Shown here: positions 9,636 to 17,483 of the stretch, piece after piece
How positions within the stretch are numbered: the stretch's first letter is position 1
How the letters are laid out: every line of letters starts with the position of its first letter
Virus record (IMG/VR): IMGVR_UViG_3300017956_000004
Direction: 5' to 3' (one strand)
Length of the DNA stretch: 64,000 nt
Source of the DNA: an uncultured virus (IMG/VR IMGVR_UViG_3300017956_000004)
Taxonomy: Duplodnaviria; Heunggongvirae; Uroviricota; Caudoviricetes
Translations under genes and position numbers: made by a program
Notes under the pieces: model-generated
What the model was told of the DNA's origin: nothing
Database searches by the model: none
The model's input: only the letters and a program-made list of their open reading frames with translations

Positions 9636-10490
9636 ATGGCAAACACACAAAATCCATTATCAGGTTTTTATCGTGCACCCAAGTTATATACTGGTTTACC
9701 TACCGGTGGTAAATTTTATGATGATGGTGTTATTGACTGGCCTGAAACAGATGAGCTTGCAGTATTTCCTATGACTGCTAAAGACGAAATGATCATGAAA
9801 AATCCTGACGCACTGCTTAACGGTGAGGCCGTAGCACAAGTGATTGCCAGTTGTGTACCAGCAGTAAAGAAGCCGCGTCAGTTAATCAGTAATGACGTTG
9901 ACGCATTATTAATTGCTATTCAGGGTGCGACTGCTGGAGACGAAGTTGAAGTATCTGGTAAGTGTCCTAAATGTAATGAGCAGGTAACTAGCATTGTTAG
10001 TATTGAAGGTGCATTAGACACTATGACTGTGTTAAAGGAAACATATCGTTTTAAAACAACACAGGATTTAGAGATTGAGATCAGACCTTACACTTACGAA
10101 AGCACAGTTAAAGCAGGTATTGCAAACTTCCAGAGCACACGTAGTTTACAAAGTTTACAGAATATTGAAGACGAGATGGAGCAACTTAAAGCATTTAACA
10201 ATAACTTTATGCAAATTGCTGCTCTTAACTTTGACTTGATTGTGGACAGTGTGTCTTGTGTACGCGGTAAAGATGCAGAAGGCGAAGACTTTATTGTAAC
10301 TGACCGCAAGCATATCAGAGAATTTTTGGAAAACTGTGAGAGTGCAGTTGGTCACAAAATTGAAGACAGCATTGCAGAAGTTAACAAACTGGGTGTACAG
10401 AAAACTGTGCAACTGGAATGTGAAGATTGTGAAGAAACATTTGAACAAGACATAGGATTTGATCCTGTAAATTTTTTCACAGCTTCCTAG
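9636..10490 (+). CDS. gp26: Baseplate hub / tail assembly chaperone (gp26-like)
   Basis: LPTGG.FY, V.PMTAKDE, D..ALL.AI..AT.G, CPKC...CEDC Zn motif, ends NFF; AGGAG RBS. Confidence 0.85.
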   Translation: MANTQNPLSGFYRAPKLYTGLPTGGKFYDDGVIDWPETDELAVFPMTAKDEMIMKNPDALLNGEAVAQVIASCVPAVKKPRQLISNDVDALLIAIQGATAGDEVEVSGKCPKCNEQVTSIVSIEGALDTMTVLKETYRFKTTQDLEIEIRPYTYESTVKAGIANFQSTRSLQSLQNIEDEMEQLKAFNNNFMQIAALNFDLIVDSVSCVRGKDAEGEDFIVTDRKHIREFLENCESAVGHKIEDSIAEVNKLGVQKTVQLECEDCEETFEQDIGFDPVNFFTAS

Positions 10491-10711
10491 CCAAAGCAGA
10501 ACCTGAGCAGATTTTAGAACTAATTAATCGTCTCAGAAAAGAGTCTGATACACTGGAAAAAAGCCTGATTGAAATTGCAGTGTATAGCGGAGGAAGCATA
10601 AGTTGGCAGGACGCTTTACTTATGAGTTCGCGAGAGAGAACCACCGCTGTTAAAGTTATTAATAATTATAACAAATTAAAGTCAGGCAAAGCACCTAACG
10701 AAGAACTTTAA
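10475..10711 (+). CDS. gp51-like frame, probably reached by -1 frameshift from gp26 (absent from the ORF track)
   Basis: 78-aa open -1 frame FHSFLAKAEPEQILELINRLRKE...GGSISWQDALLMSSRERTT...NEEL*; fills the gap to the next ATG; no usable start codon at its 5' end. Confidence 0.75.
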   Translation, partial: FHSFLAKAEPEQILELINRLRKESDTLEKSLIEIAVYSGGSISWQDALLMSSRERTTAVKVINNYNKLKSGKAPNEEL

Positions 10712-10712
10712 T

Positions 10713-11429
10713 ATGACAACCAAATGGTTATTCGATGTGGATGGCACACTAACACCCAGCAGAGGAACCATCCACCCAGACTTTAAAACTTTTTTTCATG
10801 ATTTTTGTAAAAACAATCATGTATATCTGGTCACGGGCAGTGACAAACCTAAAACAGTAGAGCAAATTGGTGCAGACACCTTTAACCTTTGCAAAAGGGT
10901 ATATAATTGTAGTGGCAATGAAGTGTGGGAAGGTGATGTGCAAATTAAAAGCTCTGACTGGATTTTACCTGAAGACATGCATGAGTGGCTCAGCATACAA
11001 CTAACTGACAGTCCTTATCCCAAACGTACTGGTTTGCATTTTGAACACAGAACTGGCATGGTTAATTTTAGTGTGGTAGGCCGGAATGCCCAGCATGGTG
11101 ACCGCAAACACTACTACACATGGGATTGTGTACATAATGAAAGATTAACTATTGCCGAAAAGTTTAACAGACTATTTGGTGACAGGGTGATTGCCAAAGT
11201 GGGCGGTGAAACTGGATTAGATATTTTTCCTGTTGGTTGTGATAAAGCCCAAGTTATTAAAGACTTTGAACCAGAAGATGACTTACATTTTTTTGGTGAT
11301 AGATGTGATGTTAATGGAAATGACTATAGTATATCTGTTAAAATATTAGATCACGGTGGTCGTGTATATCCTGTTACAGACTGGCAATCAACCTTTTCCT
11401 ATCTAGTAAGCTCAACTGAGAAGACCTAA
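10713..11429 (+). CDS. HAD-superfamily IIB phosphomannomutase-like enzyme (eukaryotic PMM type)
   Basis: FDVDGTLT, VTGSD..K..EQ, EHRTGMVNFS.VGR, GG.TG.DI.P.G.DK, FFGD....GNDY. Confidence 0.85.
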   Translation: MTTKWLFDVDGTLTPSRGTIHPDFKTFFHDFCKNNHVYLVTGSDKPKTVEQIGADTFNLCKRVYNCSGNEVWEGDVQIKSSDWILPEDMHEWLSIQLTDSPYPKRTGLHFEHRTGMVNFSVVGRNAQHGDRKHYYTWDCVHNERLTIAEKFNRLFGDRVIAKVGGETGLDIFPVGCDKAQVIKDFEPEDDLHFFGDRCDVNGNDYSISVKILDHGGRVYPVTDWQSTFSYLVSSTEKT

Positions 11430-11950
11430 AGGTCTTTCCAACTGCATTCATTCACTTCGCTTACGCTCAGTTCATTCATTTGTTGGAATTTTTTTACTAA
11501 GTTCATTATATTCGAACAAGTGAATTCATATTATATAAAGTACTTGCGACAGATGTTGAGGCCATACGAAGCCTGATTAAGGCTTCATATAAAAAAATGG
11601 CTTGCTATCGCTCTTGCGACTAGTGTCTTCAACCACACTGAAGGTAGGTATTTAATCTGCTACACAATGGGCTCTGACCTTTCCCAACCTACGTCGACTT
11701 GCTTTCGCAGCTGTTCTCTCGCTTCAATAGAAACAGTGTTTATGTGCATTGCAGTTGTTTGATTGACAGCATTCAACCTACACTAATACTTAACACCAGT
11801 GGGTGTGTCTCAGTGTGTACGTGTCTGGTTACATTTTCGCCAGGTTTTCCACAGCGGTATTACTATCCGGCCCGCCAACCTTGTGTGCTGTTTGTAAATG
11901 CCTTGATGTGTTTTAAAGATGTGCCATGTATGCCATGTTAGCCAATTTAT
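11430..11950 (-). ncRNA. Candidate large structured non-coding RNA, family not identified
   Basis: About 520 nt with no credible ORF in an otherwise gene-dense window; many hairpins (GNRA loop, G-U pairs that favour the minus strand) and crossing long-range pairings. Confidence 0.6.
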
Positions 11951-11952
11951 AG

Positions 11953-12378
11953 TTAGTCTTTGCTGAGTGCTTCACGTAAAATTTCTGAACCGCCAACTCT
12001 GACATTGATTATACCATTATAATACTCATCTGTCAATAGTACCTGTCTGTCAAACTGTTCTTTTGCTTCTAAGTAACTGGCCACTCCACGACTAGGACAA
12101 AAGTGTAGTATTTCGCGAGTAAAATTCTCTTCTCCAAACTCAGCAACATCTGCTTTTAGATGATCTGAACTACCCCAATACTCTCGCCAGTCACTTTCTT
12201 TAGTGCCTCGCCTTTTGTTCTTTTTGCCTTTTAGTGGTGGTTTAGTTGTTTTAAACTTTGCAAGTTTTTTGCCCACGTACTTTTTATCGTTAATTTTATT
12301 CGTGATCAAATACACGAATGCTTCGCAATCTTCTGGTAAATTGTCTATTATATTACCTTGATGTAGCCATGGACTCAT
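11953..12378 (-). CDS. Stand-alone GIY-YIG nuclease-domain protein
   Basis: FVYLITN..N.KKYVGKK, YWGSS, F.REIL..C, LE..EQ, YYN; 141 aa with no C-terminal DNA-binding extension. Confidence 0.85.
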   Translation of the reverse strand: MSPWLHQGNIIDNLPEDCEAFVYLITNKINDKKYVGKKLAKFKTTKPPLKGKKNKRRGTKESDWREYWGSSDHLKADVAEFGEENFTREILHFCPSRGVASYLEAKEQFDRQVLLTDEYYNGIINVRVGGSEILREALSKD

Positions 12379-12412
12379 AATTCCTATTTACGAGTCTGAT
12401 TTGGTATATGTA

Positions 12413-14176
12413 CTAAGAAACGAAGTCAGTGTCGGTGTTGTAACTGGTAAAGCCGCCTTCCTTGATAACTGTAAGAACACTGTTCACACGGCCAACAAGT
12501 TCTTCTTTGTGGGATACCAATAAGATATTTTTCTTGTGGTCTCTGTTCATCTTTTTGAGGATAGCAAGACTGTTTTCAACACCCATACTATCCATACCAG
12601 AGTCAATGAGTTCGTCGATGCACAACAAGTTCATTGGATGATTGAGACTTTCGTATATGTCACGGAATGCCCAACTCAAGCTCAGTATCAATCTGTTACG
12701 TTCACCTCTGCTCAAGTTGTCAAAGTCTAAGTCTCTGCCATACTCTGTGATTTCCACAGTCAAGTCACTAGCAAATTTAACTTCGTGTGGTAATCCAATT
12801 TTGTCTAAGTAATAACTTAATCTATGATTTAAGTATGCAATATTCTGATCAATAATACGCTTACGTATAAAACTGTCTTTGTTTGTTAATAACTTGTATA
12901 AAAATTCCTGATGCTCTCTGAGGTCATTTAAATCGTTAATGTAGTCCCAACTTATCTCTTCTAATCCTGTATCCTTGAGACCTTGTATTTGGTCTGTATA
13001 CGGATTTTCTTCGTTCATTTTTTCAGCCATCTGCTCTGCAAGGCTTTCTAAGTTGTGTTTGTGTTCGTATGCCTCTTCCACAGTTTTATAAAAGGTGCTC
13101 ACTGTATCAGGAACCTTGATAAACTCTAGTGCCTCACCTAGCTCTGAAATTTCAGCTGCCTTTTGATTATAGTAATCATCCTCTTCTTGTATCTTTACTT
13201 CTAAATCTTTTGTGTACTGCTCATGTGTGTCTAAATGTGCAGTAGGTTGCTCACATGCGGGACACACACCTTCTTTTGCACTTTGCAAATCACTTTGTAA
13301 ACCCTCTAATCGCTCCTTACTGCGAGCAAAACTGGTTTTAGCAGTATTGTAGTCTTTCTCAATAGTGTTTAAAATGTCTTGTTGTTCTTTTGCTTCAGTA
13401 TTTTGTTTATGCCCAGCAATCTCAGCATCAACATCTAGCTCTGCTAATGTTGTTATAGCCTGCTCCATGTTCTGTAATTTTTCATTATGTGAAACAGACC
13501 AAGCCTTGCTACGGCTTTCAATCTCTTTGATGTTTTTACCAATACGTTCATTACTTGCTTGTACAGCATTAATGCGTATTTCTTCTTCTTTGATACTATC
13601 TTTGGTATCTTTAAGTAACTCTTTGAGTATGTCTGCTTTAGAGCTCAAATCTGTAATACCCAACAATTGCTCAATCATAGCACGTTGATCGTTATTACGC
13701 ATGCTCAAGAAAGGTTCGGTGTAAGTGTTCAGTGCAACAATGTGCTTAAACATCTCATGTGGGAAACCAATAATTCGTTCTATGGCTTTTTGTGTTTCTC
13801 TGCTGTCACCCTGTGCGTCGTCATCTTCACGCTCAACACCGTTGATTAACAGTTTAAGTACATTAGGCTTACGCCCACGTTCAATACGATATTCTACTCC
13901 AGCAATCTCAAACTCTACTGTGACCATCATGCCCTTACCATTTGTTTTGTTGATAAGGTTGTCACGTTTGATATTGGTTAGTGCTTCGCCATACAAACCG
14001 TAGCTCAATGCATTAATAATAGTGGTCTTACCAGTACCATTTCTGCTACCATCACCACCCATATCCAGGTTATGCCCTAGTACAAGTGTGAGCTGGTTAT
14101 TGTCAAAATTAACCGCTTGTGTTTGTGCACCAATACTCATAAAGTTTCGTGCACTTACGTTTTTAATCTTTAACAT
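12413..14176 (-). CDS. gp46: Recombination endonuclease ATPase subunit (gp46/SbcC/Rad50-like)
   Basis: Walker A NGTGKTT, CPAC zinc hook, LSRGE signature, LLCIDE Walker B, VSH. Confidence 0.95.
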   Translation of the reverse strand: MLKIKNVSARNFMSIGAQTQAVNFDNNQLTLVLGHNLDMGGDGSRNGTGKTTIINALSYGLYGEALTNIKRDNLINKTNGKGMMVTVEFEIAGVEYRIERGRKPNVLKLLINGVEREDDDAQGDSRETQKAIERIIGFPHEMFKHIVALNTYTEPFLSMRNNDQRAMIEQLLGITDLSSKADILKELLKDTKDSIKEEEIRINAVQASNERIGKNIKEIESRSKAWSVSHNEKLQNMEQAITTLAELDVDAEIAGHKQNTEAKEQQDILNTIEKDYNTAKTSFARSKERLEGLQSDLQSAKEGVCPACEQPTAHLDTHEQYTKDLEVKIQEEDDYYNQKAAEISELGEALEFIKVPDTVSTFYKTVEEAYEHKHNLESLAEQMAEKMNEENPYTDQIQGLKDTGLEEISWDYINDLNDLREHQEFLYKLLTNKDSFIRKRIIDQNIAYLNHRLSYYLDKIGLPHEVKFASDLTVEITEYGRDLDFDNLSRGERNRLILSLSWAFRDIYESLNHPMNLLCIDELIDSGMDSMGVENSLAILKKMNRDHKKNILLVSHKEELVGRVNSVLTVIKEGGFTSYNTDTDFVS

Positions 14177-14179
14177 AAA

Positions 14180-15196
14180 TTAGATTTCTAATCCGTTATA
14201 AATCTCAATAAGTTTATTCTTGTCAACTGTATCACTTTCCAGTTGATCTAATTGTGCAACCACAATCTGGTCCACACTTTCAAAACTTATATCACCACCT
14301 TCGTATTCTTCCTGCTCTTCTTTTACTGGCAACAAATGCAGTTCACGCACTTGATATTGCTCAGCCATCTTCTCTCTAATAAAGTTCGCTTCTTCGTAAC
14401 TTATAGGTATATCTAATTTTACACGAGCATGGGTATATCTGTCAAGTAGTTCATGATGCTTGTCTAACATATCACTCAGAGAAATAACCATGTACTTGGG
14501 ACAATCAGCCCAGTTTACATATTGAGGTTCTTTACCCCACTCTAAAAACATAGCACCGCGTTCATTGTCGCCAGCATCAGCGTAGTTGTGTGGGAAAGCA
14601 TTACCAATATAATGTATGTTGTCTTTGTATTGACGTTTGTGAAAGTGGCCACTAAACACATACTCAGGACCGCTCAGCATATCAGATTTAATACCGCCAT
14701 GATCCGGCATCTCTACCATAGCATTCATTTTGAAGTAAGGTAATTCAAAATGTCCAAACATATATTTGGCTTTGATCTTTTTGATCTTTTTGTGCTCATC
14801 ACCTACTAGCCAAGGAATAATTGCAACATCATCTTGTACAAACCATTCGTCCACCATAACAAAGTTAGATAAGTCACGAGCATACTCAATGCTGTTTAGC
14901 TCACGTTTATCCCTGTAATACAAGTCATGGTTACCAGTAATAAAGTATACTTTCTCAAAAGCATCATTAAGCCGTTTAAAGTCTTTGATACTGGCATTCA
15001 TTGTAGCAATGTTCACACTCGCTCTGTGATGACTCCAATCTCCCAAAAAGATACAGGTCTCACACTCGCGAGTTTTTGCTTCTGCAATAAACCAGTCAAT
15101 ATAACGATGGCAATCGTCTAAATGTAGACGGCTATTCTGCTTTAGTCCATAATGTATGTCCGTAAAGCAAGCCGCTTTCTTGAACAGTTGGGGCAT
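14180..15196 (-). CDS. gp47: Recombination endonuclease nuclease subunit (gp47/SbcD/Mre11-like)
   Basis: Metallophosphoesterase motifs DIH, LGD, GNHD, GH, SGHFH. Confidence 0.95.
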   Translation of the reverse strand: MPQLFKKAACFTDIHYGLKQNSRLHLDDCHRYIDWFIAEAKTRECETCIFLGDWSHHRASVNIATMNASIKDFKRLNDAFEKVYFITGNHDLYYRDKRELNSIEYARDLSNFVMVDEWFVQDDVAIIPWLVGDEHKKIKKIKAKYMFGHFELPYFKMNAMVEMPDHGGIKSDMLSGPEYVFSGHFHKRQYKDNIHYIGNAFPHNYADAGDNERGAMFLEWGKEPQYVNWADCPKYMVISLSDMLDKHHELLDRYTHARVKLDIPISYEEANFIREKMAEQYQVRELHLLPVKEEQEEYEGGDISFESVDQIVVAQLDQLESDTVDKNKLIEIYNGLEI

Positions 15197-16077
15197 TAAC
15201 TATCTCCGTATGACTCTACACTGTCGGAAATATCTGATTCTACATTTTCTCTAAGTCTACGCATCTCTTCTTCATGTGCAATCTGTCTGCCAAAACTGGG
15301 CAAATGTCCAGTATCAATCAGGATATCATCACGAATAGTTTGATTACGTTTTTCTAGATTAAGCACTCTGGTAAAACTATTTGTAATAGCTGCTGTGTAG
15401 TATGCAAACGGATTATCCGACTTTGCTTCATTAAATTTAAGTCCTACTTCACTTAATTGCAGTAGGGCTTGTCCACGCATCTCATCTACGTATGTATAAC
15501 CACGCCAGTTACTTCTGTGACTATACCTTTCAACTAGTTTTAAAAACATTGTGCCTAACTTGTTTGTTAGTTTGCCGTGTGTGGTACTAAATTCTCCGTT
15601 CACCAAATCACCAATCCAGTGACTTCTGGCTACTTCTTTTAAGTTACCACTCTGGTAAGCATAATGTTTGAAAGGAGGGAAATTAACCTTGCTGTGTTCG
15701 TCTGCTACAGTCTTAGGATTCTTCTTCCTTTCTGGATCTTCTGGAATGTGCTCGTATGTCATAACACGAAAAACAACTTCATCATCTGCAATAGTGTCAA
15801 TATCTATTGCAAAATCTTTCTGTTTGGGCTTGTTACGATAGTCTTTTTTATCGTGTGTGCTCATTGCTTCTGCATAGGCTTCACTCTGCCTACGACTAGA
15901 CTGATTCTGTTTTGCTTCTTGTACTGTCTTTTTTGTTATTTGTTTTACATCGTCCAGAATAATATCATAATTGTAGTATCTTTCATCTTCCACGTAGCAA
16001 TGTGTCATTTTACTTTTGTGGATTTCTTTTAGGATATCTTTATTATTCAGGTAATTTTGTTTCTTTACTGCTGCCAT
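15196..16077 (-). CDS. gp55: Late-transcription sigma factor (gp55-like)
   Basis: YLNNKD.L.EI, SNWRGYTY.DEM, KFNE.KS.NPFAYYT..I.NSF.R.LN.EK; T4-like 55-47-46 gene order. Confidence 0.85.
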   Translation of the reverse strand: MAAVKKQNYLNNKDILKEIHKSKMTHCYVEDERYYNYDIILDDVKQITKKTVQEAKQNQSSRRQSEAYAEAMSTHDKKDYRNKPKQKDFAIDIDTIADDEVVFRVMTYEHIPEDPERKKNPKTVADEHSKVNFPPFKHYAYQSGNLKEVARSHWIGDLVNGEFSTTHGKLTNKLGTMFLKLVERYSHRSNWRGYTYVDEMRGQALLQLSEVGLKFNEAKSDNPFAYYTAAITNSFTRVLNLEKRNQTIRDDILIDTGHLPSFGRQIAHEEEMRRLRENVESDISDSVESYGDS

Positions 16078-16110
16078 AATCCAATGTTTCTCCTATAGAT
16101 TTATACTACT

Positions 16111-16138
16111 ATTATACATATATCTATCTAAAAGTCAA
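16111..16138 (-). promoter_or_regulatory. Sigma70-type promoter for the gp55-gp47-gp46 operon
   Basis: TTGACT-16 nt-TATAAT on the minus strand; AGGAG RBS downstream. Confidence 0.7.
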
Positions 16139-16165
16139 CGTATTTCGTCCAGAATCTGAGTTTTG

Positions 16166-16196
16166 TTAAAACTAGTTTTAATGATACTGATAAATA
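16166..16196 (+). promoter_or_regulatory. Perfect 16-bp palindrome plus late promoter
   Basis: TTAAAACTAGTTTTAA-N7-GATAAATA upstream of ATG 16216. Confidence 0.75.
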
Positions 16197-16215
16197 TTGC
16201 TATAGGAGATATTTT

Positions 16216-17163
16216 ATGGCAGACTTTTCCAGATCTAAAGTAGCCCTAGGCAGTGCAGGCGACAATTTTCTTGCTAAACAATTAAACAAGATTAGTGATC
16301 CTCTACTGCGTGATGCTTTAGGTGCACTAGGTAATGCGTTTTTCCCTGGCTTGGCTGGTGGCATACCAGATATGTCAGACAATACGTATGCTAAACTGAT
16401 TGCAGAAAAATATGCACAATCAGAAGCAGAAGAAACGGCTATCAGAAACAGCAGAACAGCCGGCTCAGGTGTGTTGCAAGCATCTAAAGATTGGAGAGCA
16501 AGACTACGACCTAAGAGGGGCGGTGCCGATCAATTTTATTCTGCAGACGGCGCTGATTATTTGCTAAGACCTATTCAGGAAACAGGCGGACTTGTTTGGC
16601 AATACACTCCTACAATTTTTATGAGTGGTACAGCAAACTACAACTCGTTTGAACCACAAGGTTCTAATTATCCTATTAACACGTTTATTAATGGCAGAGC
16701 TCCAGACATTCCAGTAACCGCAGACTTCACAGCCAACGACACCTATGAAGCCAGATATTTGCTTGCAGTCATTGTTTTCCTACGAATATGTACCAAAGCA
16801 TATTATGGTGATAGTGCAGTTGCTAGTGGACGTTACGGTACGCCTCCTCCAGTACTTTTATTCGAATACTTGGGCGACCACGGTTTTGATAAAGTACCAG
16901 TAGTTGTTAGTAACTATACTATGCAGCTACCAGATGATGTGGATTATGTTCCAGTTGTTACAGGTGTTAATCAGGATGCACAGGCGGCCGCGGCAACGCC
17001 AGGATCTGATACAGGCACAGAGGTAACTTATGTGCCCACTAGATCTAACATTACAATTAACTTAACGCCAACATATACACCACACAAACTTCGCAGAAGA
17101 TTTAATTTGGAAGAATTAACTACAGGTAAGTTATATACTGATGGAAATGGTGGATTTATCTAA
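16216..17163 (+). CDS. Baseplate tail-tube initiator/cap (gp48/gp54-like)
   Basis: DWRARL, YTP.I, GTPPPVL, F..VPVVV..Y...LPDDVDY; followed by gp53-like, hub and gp5-like genes. Confidence 0.65.
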   Translation: MADFSRSKVALGSAGDNFLAKQLNKISDPLLRDALGALGNAFFPGLAGGIPDMSDNTYAKLIAEKYAQSEAEETAIRNSRTAGSGVLQASKDWRARLRPKRGGADQFYSADGADYLLRPIQETGGLVWQYTPTIFMSGTANYNSFEPQGSNYPINTFINGRAPDIPVTADFTANDTYEARYLLAVIVFLRICTKAYYGDSAVASGRYGTPPPVLLFEYLGDHGFDKVPVVVSNYTMQLPDDVDYVPVVTGVNQDAQAAAATPGSDTGTEVTYVPTRSNITINLTPTYTPHKLRRRFNLEELTTGKLYTDGNGGFI

Positions 17164-17471
17164 TGGCTAAGATACACAGAAGAGATAGTTTTTTAAAGAA
17201 CGCACCAACAAGTGCTGATGGTTTGTTTCTGGGTTTAAATAAATTACCCAAAATTCCCAGATCAGTAAATGACGAAGTTTATGAAATAAGCCATGCTTTT
17301 GACGAACGACCAGACTTGTTAGCACACAAAATGTATGGTAATAGCAGACTTTGGTGGGTGTTTAGTATGAGGAATCCTGATGTCCTCAAAGATCCTATCA
17401 GGGATTTTAAAGCAGGCAAAAAAATTATATTACCGTCTCGTGGAGCACTTGGTAATATCACACAACAGTAA
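17163..17471 (+). CDS. gp53: Baseplate wedge protein with LysM-like fold (gp53-like)
   Basis: RPDLLAH..YG...LWWVF..RNP....DP..DF..G..I..P. Confidence 0.85.
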   Translation: MAKIHRRDSFLKNAPTSADGLFLGLNKLPKIPRSVNDEVYEISHAFDERPDLLAHKMYGNSRLWWVFSMRNPDVLKDPIRDFKAGKKIILPSRGALGNITQQ

Positions 17472-17483
17472 GTAGCATAAATT

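Noticed and set aside
11640..11890. Canonical group I intron containing the GIY-YIG gene
   Set aside because: GGUCAGAGCCCA resembles the R element, but its partner lies upstream, the P3/P4/P6 order does not fit, and no interrupted gene flanks the region (the neighbours are intact and convergent). A permuted or derived ribozyme is not excluded.
11699..11941. 80-aa ORF on the + strand inside the structured region
   Set aside because: TTG start, no RBS, Cys-rich atypical composition; better explained as a chance ORF in a non-coding element
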